Notes under the pieces: model-generated | The model's database searches: none | Told to the model about the DNA's origin: nothing | What the model saw: the letters and a program-made list of their open reading frames with translations, nothing else | NCBI GenBank assembly: GCA_051294375.1 | Contig: CM119268.1 | Location: forward strand, 17,424,502 to 17,488,501 | Origin: Paraspadella gotoi | Lineage: Eukaryota > Animalia > Chaetognatha | Length of the DNA stretch: 64,000 bases | Direction of reading: 5' to 3' | Position numbers and translations under genes: made by a program | Shown: piece by piece, positions 29,301-42,070 of the stretch | Layout of the letters: the number at the start of each line of letters is the position of its first letter | Position numbering within the stretch: the stretch's first letter is position 1

Positions 29301-32300
29301 TATAATAGTAATTGATGCGATAATTAGTGATTATTGGTACGATGATAACCAATTATTAATTATGATAACCAAATGATTGAAAGCGATGATAACCAATAAT
29401 TGATGTGATAACCAATTATTGATGTGATGAAAAACATTCATTGATGCAACCATAGTCATTCATTGATGCGATGATAGTCATTCATTGACGCGAAGAGTCA
29501 CTCAACATAAATTAAACAAACAAATGCGTGTATGAGTGAGAGAGAAAGAGAAAAAGAAAATTGTTTTGTAAATAAAACAAACAAATCCAAGTATAGATAT
29601 GAAACATAACAATTAAAAAGATCTTGATTATGAAAAGTGTAACGAATAATTGTCTTCGCGCTATGGTCGGCGTGTTCAAAGCTTAACGTTTGTTTACCTA
29701 CGTTGCTAGAAAGATAGCAAATGCGCTTTGTCGGACTTGTTGAGGAAGCGAAGAGCCGGCAGGGGAATTAATGAAGAATGAGTATTTTAATGAAATGAAC
29801 ATTAAAATGATAATTGATGATTTATTGAAATGACTTTACATTGTTAAGGTTTGAACTACTCTCCATCTACTTTCACAATACAATACTTGTACGTTCTAAC
29901 ACTGACATTGTGACTTGAAAGACAAACATTAAAATTAGGTTCTCGAAAAATAGCCTTTTTTACTTTATAAAAAGCCATATCTAATTTTTTAAATTTTTTA
30001 TGGTTACCCACTTTTACAATTTTTAATTATAAAAAAGCGTGACAACGACGATGGCGACGACAATGACTACGACATAAAAAAGCAGAAGCGAACCAACATC
30101 TCGCCCAAGACTGGTGCGATAAAAAAACATAAATTCTTATTAAAATTCCATATTGAATTAAAACAGCGAAATATGTCAATTATTTTGATATTAAAATTTT
30201 AAAATATTAAAATTTTATATTAAAATTCTCTTAATAATCGGATTCTAATCCAACATCTTTTGATGACAAATAACTAAAATCAGAACAACAAGCATTCAAC
30301 AAACAACGCCAACAACTCGGGCACTAACCGAACCCACTAACGACAGAGAAAATCATGTAGCCAATGGTTCCCCACATTCTCTGCTTCCCATAGTCGTTGG
30401 TCGCGTTGCCCAACTCGTCAAAAGTCAAGGAGTCTATCAGCGCCTCTACCGGAGATTCGGAGGCGAGAAGCAGCGCGATGAGCGTCAGGGCCGCCCAGAA
30501 GGTAACATCGAATGCTTCTGGAGTTGGAGGTGCTGGAGGTGGTGTCGATGGAATCAGCGGCATCGGATCAAAGGTGCCGTTTTCAATTGTTGGCCGAGGA
30601 TGCAATATAAACAAGCACTGCCAAGATGCAACATGCACCGCCATGGTTAATAGAAGGATCACCTAAATTTAAATTAAATTTGTTTATATATTTACACGGT
30701 TCCTTTTTACATCGATTTAATCGGCACTGAGTGCACAAGAATGAGATGTCCCGGGATACGTTTCTGGACCTTTGGGCTACTAAAAAAATGGCAATCAAAT
30801 TTTAACTAATGACAGTTTTTTTATAAATTAATTTTAAAATTAGCTATATAAAATTAATAAAGTAGAAAAAAAAAATTGAAATTTTTAATTAATGAAAAAA
30901 ATTACGCATCACCTATAATCTATAAACAATTTCTTTTTGTTTGCGTCCATAACCAATATTTAATCTTTAATAGTTTATTTATAATTAATTTTTGTTTATT
31001 AAAATATTATTTTAATTTTTTTTCAAATAATTTAAATTAAAAAAAATTATAACTATGCCAAGTGATTGAAAAAAAAAATATTATAAGGGACTTACATACC
31101 TAATATTGGCCTTCATATACATATAAAGTAAGCTTATTATAATTATGTTTTGACATAAAAGAGAAATAATTTCTAAAATTAAATATAAAAAAATTATAAC
31201 TTTGAATTTTTTTTTAGCATAATAAACGATTTTTAATTAATTGTTCATAATGCTTTTAATAGCTACTGGTCTGTTGTATCCTTCTCACTTCTCACTATTT
31301 ATTTACTTTTGATAAAAAAAAATACTGACATTAAAAATTCTGTATGAAACAGACAAACTTTTTTTTAATCACATGCTATTTAATTTTTTATAGTAATATA
31401 ATATTACCCTTAGACAAAATTTAAAAAGCTTTAAACAATCCCAACTAGGCATTTTTAAGGCCAAAAGTAAGGTTATCAATTGTATAAATATTTGATATTG
31501 GGACTGCTTTGTAGGTTTTAACTTAATTTTAGTATGACAAAAAATTAGTATATTTAACAGTTTTTTATTTGGAATGGGCATCAAAGTTTAATATATATTA
31601 TCATCAGTACATTTGTTAAGTATAATAGATTCCTCCATAGATTTTTTATTTTTTGAGAATGAGATTATGGATAATGCGTAATTTCTTTATTTTTTAAAAA
31701 TTTTCAACATTTTATTTTTTTTATTCTACTTTATTAATTTTATATAGCTAATTTTAAAATTAATTTATAAAAAACTGTCATTAGGAAAAATGTGATTACC
31801 CTTTATTGGTGTAGCTCAAAAATTTTAAGAAATCCTCTCTCCATTTACATAACTTAGGACGACGTATCATGTCGGCCAGATAGGATAGAAGTGGGCGTGA
31901 GATTAAGCCAACAAAGGGACCAAACCCAAGGATGACCGCAGTTTCGTTAAAGTCGAGCCCAAGATATTCGGAAAAATAATTGGCGATGAAGGGGAAGGAG
32001 AATGTTCCTCCGGTGTAATAACAAAAGAACACAAACTTGACCATAAGCAACTTGGTATTACACGCCTATAAATTGGAAAAACGTCTTGATAATTAATACA
32101 AACAACTAGGATTAAAACGACTTTTATGGCAATGCGAATAATTGATATAAGGAGACGGGTTTAAACGAAAATACATTTAATACAATGTAGAACATAAACA
32201 ATTAAAACGGTGAATGAGAAAGTATTAAAGAGATTTCGAGTTGTGTTGTACGTGTGAGCTTGTTGGCTTTTATAGCCCAAAAGTCGGCCAAGGTGTCCTC

Positions 32301-32971
32301 AGCGTAAGGTCAGTGGCTAATCAACCACCAGTTACCACTGTGGCCAGAAACATGACCTGAATGACCTAAAACGTCCTCCATACTTTCCTCTTATTCACAA
32401 TGTAGTCGGGCATTGCCTAGGTTCACCCCGCCTATAAGCATAACTCTTTCAGTTGTGACCCGGTGGCTCATTGAGTAAAGCCATCAGCTCATGACCACTA
32501 GGTACCGAGTTCAATCCCAACCCGGCACCTACCTGCGGGAAGAGTGAGGACGGCTGTAAGCCGCCTTGGATGCGTGGCAAACCCTCAAGCCTGGTTCCAA
32601 GCCCAGGACCCGTTCCTTGTCTCTAGAGGGGTTATAAAAGTTACGGATAGTCATCTTCTACCCACTTGCGCCTTATCCACACTGGTGAGCCCATCCTGTC
32701 GAACGTATTCCAACCTTCTGATTCCAGGCCCATGGACGTGCCGAGATTGCTCCCCTCCCTCCACTGGAAGCAGTGCAGGGTGGGTTACAATCTGGGGGCC
32801 ATGTAGTCGGGCATTGCCTAGGTTCACCCCGCCTATAAGCAACTTAGCGCCTTATCAACAACAAAAAATTTTAAAATATTTACAATTATTCAAGAATCAA
32901 CATTTTACCGTTGCTATAGTTTTCTTCTCTCCCTTATTTTTTTCTTCAGTCTCGTTGTTTTCCCAGTCCAT
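26364..32971 (-). CDS. MFS transporter, MFSD6-like (MFS_1_like), paralog A, 7 exons
   Basis: Exons 32971-32909, 32065-~31851 (donor phase ambiguous), 30662-30329, 28158-28039, 27442-27145, 27077-26946, 26625-26364, with GT-AG boundaries. Motifs: PFIANYFSEYLGL, LSYLADMIRRPK, DYGKQRMWGTIG (MFSD6-family signature), LSEAIMFQF, ETLHSVTFALSW, ATLQGI. Multiple hydrophobic helices. Confidence 0.88.
28952..28985 (+). ncRNA. Hammerhead-like motif (Penelope type), decayed; inverted partial copy at ~28570-28586
   Basis: GCA-CTGAAGA-AGGCTAACATCACC-GAAA-TGTG-TT after a CT-rich tract. The minus strand at 28586-28570 reads TTGAAGAAGGCTAACAT. Confidence 0.4.
29225..29500. repeat. Degenerate minisatellite (~15-20 bp, ATTGATGTAATAGTA-like); related array at ~37030-37180
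   Basis: Repeated ATTGATG(T/C)(A/G)AT(A/G) units read directly. Confidence 0.7.
32401..32860 (+). mobile_element. TRIM family 1 with tRNA-derived LTR (Helenus/TRIMp3-like); 3' LTR internally deleted; in intron 1 of MFS paralog A
   Basis: 5' LTR TG..CA 32401-32681; PBS TGGTGAGCCC at 32683; PPT TCTGGGGGCCA 32791-32801. The 3' LTR 32802-32860 keeps both ends only. Perfect 4-bp TSD ACAA (32397-32400, 32861-32864). A-box/B-box tRNA-like segment at 32457-32527. Confidence 0.88.
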
Positions 32972-33212
32972 ATCCAGATTTTCAGTAAAAATTTAAAATA
33001 GAAGTCACTTGTATAACTTTCATTAAAGATTTTCCTGTTTTGAGTGTTCCAAAAAAACGAATACGGGAAGAAACAGGATATGATTCTGTAATTAAAAAAA
33101 CACGTTTCAAGACGGGTTAATGTTTCTAAAAAGGTTCTGAAGAACTGACTCAGTGGTTGAAATATCATGATTTAGCAGATCTGGGTCGAAATTTGAACTG
33201 TTGACTGTTGAC

Positions 33213-34170
33213 TAGGGTGTTTAAAAATAACAAAATATAACAAATCGAATAAGGTACATAGCTATTTCAGTGTAATAAAGTCTGTAGAATTCAATGTTGA
33301 TAACCATATTTTTCGTATAGTTTCATCTTTTTTGTCGAAAATGGCGATTTTTGCAGCACATAAGGTACTATTCAAATGCAACAAACGTTGTAGAGTATAA
33401 GCAACTTAAATTATTAAAATTTTATAAAAGCTATATTTAGCTTATATAATACGAAAATAAAGACCCATATAAATATTTCAGTAAGTTTATTTAGAAATTT
33501 TATATTTTATTAACTGTTTGTTAGCTATATTTATAAATAAATAATAATAAAAAATAAGCTAAAATAAAAAAATAAAATTTTAAAATTTTAAAACCGGATT
33601 TGAATTCCCAACAAAAAGTTGATATAAGAAAGTATAATCCATTTTAATAAATTCTTTCATTAAGTTGGTTAAAAATGTTAAAAACTAGTTTTTTATATAA
33701 TATATATATTTAATTTTTATCTTAAAATTATAGTTTTTAAATTTTGATCAACTTAATAATATAATTTTGGAATAAAAATTATATTTTCTTATATCAACTT
33801 TTTGCAAGGAATACAAATCCATGAATAAAGTTTTAAAATTAGTATTCTTTAACATTAACCTAATTTTTACTCATAATTATTAATAAATATAGTTAACTAA
33901 CTTTTTATAAAATATAAGATTTAAAAATAAACTTACCATAATATTTTTAAAAGTCATTATTCTTATATTTTAAAAGCTTATTAAAATTTTATAAAATTTT
34001 AATAATTTTTTTATAACAATATTATATACATTAAAAATCGTCATTTTCGATAACAAAGATAAAATAATACCAAAAATGGTTATCACCATCAAATTCTACA
34101 GACTTGTTTGCACTAAAATAGCTATGTACCTTATTCGATTTGTTATATTTTATTATTTTTAAACGCCCTA
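33213..34170. mobile_element. Foldback-like hAT MITE (almost the whole element is an imperfect inverted repeat)
   Basis: Termini TAGGGTGTTTAAAAATAA / TTATTTTTAAACGCCCTA, long inverted arms, and a perfect 8-bp TSD CTGTTGAC at 33205-33212 and 34171-34178. Confidence 0.88.
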
Positions 34171-35323
34171 CTGTTGACCTAGAGAAAATAAAAATGTAGG
34201 CTTCAGATCTGGAACAGGGCATGCCGGTTGGTTTACTTACAGGTAAAACCACAAATTAGGATATTTTAGGGGGATCTTATTTCTAGCTCACCAGTGACGG
34301 CCGATTCTAGAGGGAAATAGGGAAAAACCGACCTCTCGTAAAAATTATAGAACTATTAAGCGTAAAAATCTATAAAGTAAATGTTTTCTTAACCCAATAA
34401 AATAAAGATAACAAAACTATATAATTCAAAATTAAAGCACCCTAATCCAATGCAGCTACATTTAATCAATGAAACAATAAAATATCCTAACTCAAATCAA
34501 TTATTTAAATAATTACCGAAAAACAATAATAATAAAATACTAAACTAATAAATAAATATTATTCCGCGTCCCAATCTGATTCCTCACTCTCCTCTCTCTT
34601 TATTCCCTTCAACACGTGGTCCCCCAACTTCACCATCTCTTGGTGCGCGTTTCATTTGCGCACCTCCAAATCCTACCAGGGCGAGGAATTTGCTAGAGAC
34701 TGATTTCGAATTAAAATTAATTAATTAATTAATTATCGTAGGCAGATCCGACATTGTTTGCTCAAACTTTTTTTAAAAAAAATTTATTCCACTTCCACAC
34801 CATCGTTTTTGTTGGAGCGGCATAGTAGCAAGGCACAAACAGTCAAATATTCTAGAAGCTTCTTCTTGTATGTTCCTGAGGGGACAATGCTGATTAAGAT
34901 AATGAGGTCATCGCAAAACTTTCAACGGTTTTTGTAACACTTTGTTATTAGGCTTGAAAAACAACATTTTTTATCTACCTCGTTGGAACTGTTATGACTC
35001 GGAGGCAAAGCGAAGAGTGATGATCAGAAATATCAACTCATTGACGAAATACCGGGAAAAAAAAATTTAGCAAAGATGAGAAGGAGAAAGGCATATCTTG
35101 CAAAAATGATTGATCCTTGATTAAACATGATTGTATGATATTCAATATTCAATGATATTCATCCATCCTTCATCCATAGAAGCAGTTTTTTGTTATTTCG
35201 CTTTTCTTTTTTGCAACAAAAAAAAAGAAAGATAAGCAAATAATCAAAAAGAATAAAAGGAAAAAAAGCGAGGAAAAACGAAAAATGATTTGATATGAAA
35301 ATCTGTTTTTATATATATATATA

Positions 35324-36010
35324 TGTGGATAAGGCGCTAAGTGGGCTGAAGATGACTATCCGTAACTTCTATAACCCCCTTTAGTAGCTATGGAACGGGT
35401 CCTGGGCTTGGAACCAGGCTTGAGGGGTTGCCACGCCCCCAAGGCGGCTTGCGGCCGTCCTCACACTTTCCTCAGAGTAGGTACCGGGTTGGGATTGAAC
35501 CCGGTACCTAGTGGTCATGAGCTGATGGCTTCACTCAATGAGCCACCGGGTCACGACTGAAGGTGTAATGCTTAGAGGCGGGGTGAACTTTGCAATGCCC
35601 ACTACATGCCCCCCAGATTGTAACCCACCCTGCACTGCTTCCAGTGGAGGGAGGGGAGCAATCTTCAGCACTCCATGGGCCTGGAATCAGAAGGTTGGAA
35701 TACGCTCGACAGGATGGGCTCACCAGTGTGGATATGGCGCTAAGTGGGCTGAAGATGACTATCCGTAACTTCTATAACCCCCTTTAGTAGCTATGGAACG
35801 GGTCCTGGGCTTGGAACCAGGCTTGAGGGGTTGCCACGCCCCCAAGGCGGCTTACGGCCGTCCTCACACTTCCCGCAGAGTAGGTACCGGGTTGGGATTG
35901 AACCCGGTACCTAGTGGTCATGAGCTGATGGCTTTACTCAATGAGCCACCGGGTCACGACTGAAGGTGTCATGCTTAGAGGCGGGGTGAACTTTGCAATG
36001 CCCGACTACA
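35324..36010 (-). mobile_element. Complete TRIM family 1 element with tRNA-derived LTRs (Helenus/TRIMp3-like)
   Basis: Two ~283-bp LTRs (36010-35727 and 35606-35324, TG..CA, few differences) flank a 120-bp internal region with PBS TGGTGAGCCC (from 35725) and PPT TCTGGGGGGCA. Flanked by TATA/TATA. Each LTR has A-box TGGCTCATTGAG and B-box GGTTCAATCC. Confidence 0.92.
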
Positions 36011-37245
36011 TATATATTATATATATAGTTTTCATTGTGCCTTCCCAATAATAAGCGCATCAACAATTTTGAGCATCTGTTTTAATCTTCAGCTATTGCA
36101 TTTGCACAAATCTAATCATGTTTTTCATCAGTAACTTCTCTTTGTTGCTCTTCAAATTGCTCAGTAGATTAATCTCAATATCTAAGCAGTGAGCACACAC
36201 GTATCAATTGACTTCGTTGTAAGAATTTGACGAAACGTAGTTTGCTACCCACTCAAACTGAAGATGGTCCAATGCATGCAAAATGCTTTTAAGAGTTGAT
36301 TACTTGATTTGTATTTTTATTGGTCAAAATGCTATTTTAAAAGTCATGATGTCATCTTGGAAGTAAAAGAGATCATTTAAGTAAGTAGACAGGGTAAAAA
36401 TCCTCGGCGAATGGAAGCCCATCCGATCATTGGCTGGTGCTATATGTCTCCTGACCAATGAGAGGGTTCCATTCTACTTCCGGCAAATTTTACCCGAGTC
36501 GTTGGTCGATTTCGTTTCTTCAGGTTTTTTTCTTTTTTTTTCTTGAGTTTGATTCCGATGCGATGAGATGTATTCCATAGAAAATCTTTATATTTGTGTG
36601 AATAACGCTGAAAAAAAGTTAGGCTATACCTAAATATTCAAAAAAAAGAAAAAAATATTAATCATTCAGCTTTCATTTATACAATTAATATATAAAAATC
36701 TTAAAAGTATAAGGATCTCGCCAAGGTATAGTATCAAAGAAAATTAATGAAAAAGTACTATAATCTAATTTGCATATTGCAGTAAATCATAATGAATTGG
36801 AAATTCAAACAAAAAATACTTGAATCGATATGAAACAAAGAAAAAGGACACACATTTCAACTTCCTCACTGCCTCACTAATGGAACTTGATAATTTTGTT
36901 TGGTAGTTAAACCATAAACCGGCAAAATAAAGATAGAAATTGTTTTTTATTTTTGAGAGAAGATTATTATTGACTACTTAAGAGAAGTGGCGAGCGAGAA
37001 TAAAACAGTGGTTCAAACAAATATAATGCGATGATAATTATTTACTGATATGATGATAATCGTTTATTGATGTAAAGATAATCATTCATTGATACGATTA
37101 TAACCATAGTAATTGATTGATTTATTGATGTAATAGTAATTGATTGATGTAATATTAATTGATTGATGTAATAGTAATTTATATATAATATGTTTATCTC
37201 TCTTTCTCTCTTCCTTTACCCAAAAATATTTCCAAATTCATATTA

Positions 37246-37285
37246 ACGCTGATGAAGGCTTGAAATAAAGTCAAAACATGTTTCT
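37246..37285 (+). ncRNA. Hammerhead-like motif of the same family as 7947-7985, with GAAA mutated to AAAA
   Basis: CTGATGA-A-GGCTT-gaaata-AAGTC-AAAA-CATG-TT after a CT-rich tract. Confidence 0.45.
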
Positions 37286-37920
37286 TCTACATTAAAACAA
37301 AATCGTTGTCAAAACTAAATTCAAACTGTTTCTAATAATTAAGCTATATTGCTCATGATTTTAAACATGCTTTAATAGATTAATGCCTCCACTTTTACAT
37401 AGCAGGTCCTTGGAAACTTTCAATAACCACTCTCACAGTGTCATTTATTCCCTCCTAGGGTATATGGCTTCCATATCAATGAAGTTGTATATATATATTT
37501 CAGGTTTATGTATCTCTCTGTCTTAAAAGTAACATTTTAATAAATAACTCAGTTTTCAGTGGCGCTTTGAGTAATCATAAAGAAATTTAATAGGTTACCT
37601 TTTAAAGGTCAGTTTGTTTGTCTGGTTGGTTTGTCTGTCTATTTTTTATATCCATTTCATACTTGGATAGTTATAAAACTACAGAGAATCATAATCATAG
37701 ATCATAATCAAAATGTAGCCTATTTTATATAATATTTTGATGCTTTGCCTAATACTTAATAGATATATAATAAATCATCAGATTCTTTTTGTTTATGCAT
37801 TTTTCATTATTTAGTCACATAATCATCTGGAAATGAATACATAATAAAAGGAAAGGGGCGCAATGCCTTGTGCTTGTGCTTGTTTAAAAAGCAGTAACAT
37901 AAAGTGATTACAATAATATA

Positions 37921-38675
37921 AGCAGATCCCGACTCTATAATTCACTTTGTCGGTCCGTCGGTCCGCCCCCTCAATCTTGTCGGGCATTAATTTATTTCAT
38001 GTCAGAACATCGAACTATGATAAATTATGCAAAAAAAAACCAATGTCCGTCCGTCCATCTGTCTGTCTGTCTGACCAACCATCCGTCCGTCCGTCCAACC
38101 TTAACAAAAAACACCAATTACTCGTGATTGGATGAATGGATTGGAATGAAATTTTGTATGTGATTAGGGAAGTGTGTGATTTAGCTGGATATGCAGTTTT
38201 GATGGAATCGTCCGAGTGGAAATGAGTTTAAAAAGAAAAAACAAAAAAATATATTTCATTATTTGAACACAAATTACTTTTGAGTGGATAGGACAATTGA
38301 CCTGAAATTTTGTATGTGGGTAGGAAAGTGTGTGATTAAGCTGGAAATCAAGTTTCGATGGAATCGTCTTAGTGGAAATGAGTATAAATGGAAAAAAACA
38401 AAAAACCTGTTTCACTAATTGATTATGCTTCTTTTTCTTATATATAAATTAATCAAATAATTAATTAGTTAATTAATCAATTAGTCTTTAATTAATCAGT
38501 TATTAATTAATCAGTCAATTAATCAATCAAAATAAACATTTCGGATCAAGTTTATTAATTAATTGACTAATAATTAATTATTTAACTTGAATTAATTAAT
38601 TATTAATTAATTATTATATATTTAATTACCGATAATGATCGTGGGCAGATCCGACATTGTTTGCACAAACTTGTT
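37921..38675 (+). mobile_element. DINE-1/HINE-like non-autonomous Helentron-type element
   Basis: GCAGATCC(C)GAC near both ends with an internal inverted GTCGGG, (GTCC/GTCT)n microsatellite, an internal ~160-bp tandem duplication and a 3' hairpin GTTTGCACAAAC-TTGTT. No TSD. The 3' part recurs at ~34710-34770 (+) and 41323-41816 (-). Confidence 0.6.
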
Positions 38676-38996
38676 TAATATGTTTATTATATATGATCAT
38701 CTTCATCTCAATTTCAATTTCATTCTATGTTTCTATGCATCTTATTCTCTCCTAATTTTTTTACCCAATTCCTAAAATTTTATCTTTTCAAGTTCATTGC
38801 AAAGCGTGGTATTATTTAGTTTATGACAATTAAAAAGAATGCTAGTTAAAAAAAAAACTTCGTGAGCAGTGAATAAATATTTGACGAGCAAATTTGTGAC
38901 AAAAGATTCATACAAAAGCTGACAGCCTAACAATTATAATGAAAAAAAATATACAAACAAAATACACATTACACAGCTGCCTGTTAAAAATAAAAA

Positions 38997-41900
38997 TTAC
39001 TCTTTCCCAAGTCCGTTGATTTCATCCTTCTTTTCATGGATCAGACGCTTGTTGCACAACATTATGACCCCATAAGCTAAACATGAGATTAATCCAGTGC
39101 ACGCAAAAACGAGATATGTTTCCCGTCCTCCAATAACTCCATACAGATTGCCCCCAATAATGCAGCCCACTCCCACGCCCGCGTTCTGGTAGAGACCCCC
39201 AGCTAGACCCTGAAGAGTGGCGCTTAAACCCTTAGGAGCGATGGCATTCGCGATGGAGGTCGACGTGGACCAGCTCAGGGCAAAGGTCACGCTGGTTCGG
39301 GAAAGAGATGATGCTGATTGAATGTTTGTGTAAAAGCTTATCACTTTTTGTATCAGTTTGTAAACTTATATGAATAGGTGAAGCTAGACAGTATTAGGTT
39401 TAACTTGGATTTTATAAGATGAGACTGAAAGAGTAACCAAAATAAATCACATTGCTTAGACTAACCTGTGAAATAACTCTATGGGTAGGACGACCCAGGC
39501 GGATTTCACGAAGAAATAACCGAGAAATCTGAGGAAGAAGCCGAAGAAAGACAGAAGGAGGGAGAAGTCGGAGCCGATGAGAGCAGTGAGTGCTCCGCTG
39601 TGATTTGTGAGTAAGTAAGACCAATTATAGAAATATTAACGAATAGGTAAAAAATATGTAGTAAGAATGAAACATATGGAAAAATAGTAACAAATAGTAA
39701 TAGTAATAGAAACAAGTAGTAAAATCAGGTAAAAAAAACGACATTTGACCTGAACTGAAACATGACAAATTCTGAGAAAGTCGCCACAGCGAAGGCGACG
39801 CCTATTTGGGCTTGAGTCGCTCTCAACTCCGCCTCCATGAAGACTCCTTGGTAGTTTCCATTAAAGCCGATGAGACATCCGATGGTGAGGAAACTAAACA
39901 GAAACAATAACACGCGACGGTTGAACAGGAGAAGCAACAGCTGTTTGTGTGAAGTCAGTGACGATTCAGGGTCGCCGTTTGTTTGAGTTGTATCGTTCTC
40001 TGGCGATCTTGGGAGAAATGGTGGTGAAGTTTCGGGGTCTTTAGAAGTCGGACCTTCAGGGAAAAAAACAGAAGTTAACAATGAAATAGATCGAACGGGG
40101 ACTTTAAAAAAATTAAAATATTTTTGCAGATTTTCAAAAAATAATATTTTAAAATCTCAACAACTAAAATTTTGTTTACTTTTCGTGAACAATTTTTTTC
40201 CGAGAAAGAGAGTGCAAATTGAGGCTAAAACTTTGAAAGCAGTGTTGAAGTGAATGCGGATCCAGTAGGAGTCTGAAATGTCGCCCAAATGATTTAATCC
40301 TAAAGGAAATTTGTTTTAAAATCATCTAAATATCATTTTACTTGTTGTAAAAGTTATCCTATAACTTCCAGATTAAAATTAAAAACGAACCAAGTAATTT
40401 TTACATAAATTTATAATCATGACGACCTTAAAATTATTTCAATTTGCCCACGAATTGTTCGCAGACCCGACCCACCGAATCCGCTAACAATGGAGAAGAT
40501 CATGCAGCCAAACGTTCCCCACATCCTCTGCCTTCCGTAGTCCTCTTTTGTGGCGTCTCCCATGGCGTCGAACGTCAACGCATCCATCAATGCGTTCGTG
40601 GCAGATCCGAACGCCATCAACGACGCAACCAGGACTAACGCCAACCAAAAGGTGGCGTCGGAGCCGAGTGTGCGATGTGGAGGCGTGGATGTCGAGTCGG
40701 TGACGTGTACATGTTTTGGACGTGGATTTAAAAGGAGCAGGCATTCCCACGAAGCGAGATGTATCGCCGCGGAGACGAGAAGAAACATCTTTTATGAAAG
40801 TAAGTAAATAAAGAAAAAGTTTTGTTTATATATATGTTGATTATTGCAGCATTTCTGTCTGCTTTCTGTCCGAGTTTGACGTAAAAAGTAGCTCTGAACA
40901 AATTTCTAAATTTTCACTTTCCCCTTACTTTGTGACTGTGACTGAGATCGGCGAAATACGTGATTGCCAGTCGAGCGATGACAGCAACGAAAGGAGCCAA
41001 ACCAAAGATGAATGCTGATTCGTCAAATGTGATATTAAGTGCAGTTGACAAATAATTGGCGATATATGGGTTTGAAAAGACGCTTCCCGCAAACCAACAA
41101 AAGTACATAAGTTTGAGGAGAAGTAGAACAGTGTTGCAGTTTCTCTGTAACGATAAAAAGCTACCATGTAACAAAATTACAATTGATTAGGTCTTATTTT
41201 TTTATTTATTATCAGAAGTGATTAGTGATTTGTCACTAAGAAGTTCTTGTAAGTTGTAACAGAAATCAAAGTTATCTGTGGTAGAAAAACTTTGACATGG
41301 TGAGAATTCGAATCATCTTTTGAACAAGTTTGAGCAAACAACGCCGGATCTGCCCACGATCATTAGAGGTAATTAATTAATCAATTAATTAATTCAAGTT
41401 AAATAATTAAGTAGTCAATTAATCAATTAATTTGATCCCATATGTTTGTTTTCAGGTCTTTTCATCACTGACCACAACAAAAGCAATGACGACGATGATG
41501 GAGACTATGACAATAATGCCGATAACAATTAATTAACTTGATTGATTGAATAATTAATTAATTGATAAATAACTTGATTGATTGAATAATTAATTAATAG
41601 ATAAATAAATTTATTGATTGAATAATTGATTATTTATTGACTGAACAATTAAATAATTATTGATTAATTAATTTACTAACTGATTAATTAACTGATTAAT
41701 TATTTGATTAATTAACACATCCTGCATTTACATTTAATATAAAAAGAAGAACAAGCATAATCAATTAGTGAAACAGTTTTTTTTGTTTTTTCCATTTAAA
41801 CTCATTTCCACTCGGAAACTCGGACATTTTATCTATTGTTTTTAACATTTCAGAAACGAATACGATTTTTCTATCATATGGAATAAAATTTTTTTCTTAA

Positions 41901-42070
41901 TGATGGTTATCATTGATTTTACTTCGTGTCAGTGGATTTGGCTCACGGGGTACCTTTTTTATCTCCGAACTTTTGACGATTGTGATTATTTCCTCGGTGA
42001 ACTTCGTTTCCGCTGAGTCATACTTAACTTCTTCATTCTCAAATACGTCTTTAGTGTTTATTGACGTCAT
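38997..42070 (-). CDS. MFS transporter, MFSD6-like (MFS_1_like), paralog B, 7 exons
   Basis: Exons 42070-41954, 41144-40929, 40788-40476, 40299-40180, 40053-39750, 39597-39466, 39291-38997, at the same intron positions as paralog A. Motifs NPYIANYLS, DYGRQRMWGTFG, FSEFVMFQF, SVTFALSW, SATLQGL. One apparent 1-nt homopolymer indel in exon 4. Confidence 0.88.
41323..41816 (-). mobile_element. Partial copy of the DINE/HINE-like element in intron 1 of MFS paralog B
   Basis: Reverse complement of ~38370-38675, with an inserted segment. Confidence 0.6.

Noticed and set aside
29225-29500. CRISPR-like repeat-spacer array
   Set aside because: Units are degenerate and contiguous without unique spacers; eukaryotic context and no cas genes.
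32284-32330. HDV-like ribozyme (TCCTC..GGCTAA)
   Set aside because: Could not assemble the P1/P3/P1.1 nested pseudoknot.
32457-32527. Functional tRNA-Met(CAT) gene
   Set aside because: The anticodon and acceptor stems do not pair; the segment is part of a TRIM LTR.
35324-36010. Simple ~400-bp tandem repeat, SINE dimer or hammerhead retrozyme
   Set aside because: TG..CA LTRs, PBS, PPT and a 4-bp TSD fit a TRIM, and CTGAAGA in the LTR is not followed by a stem and GAAA.
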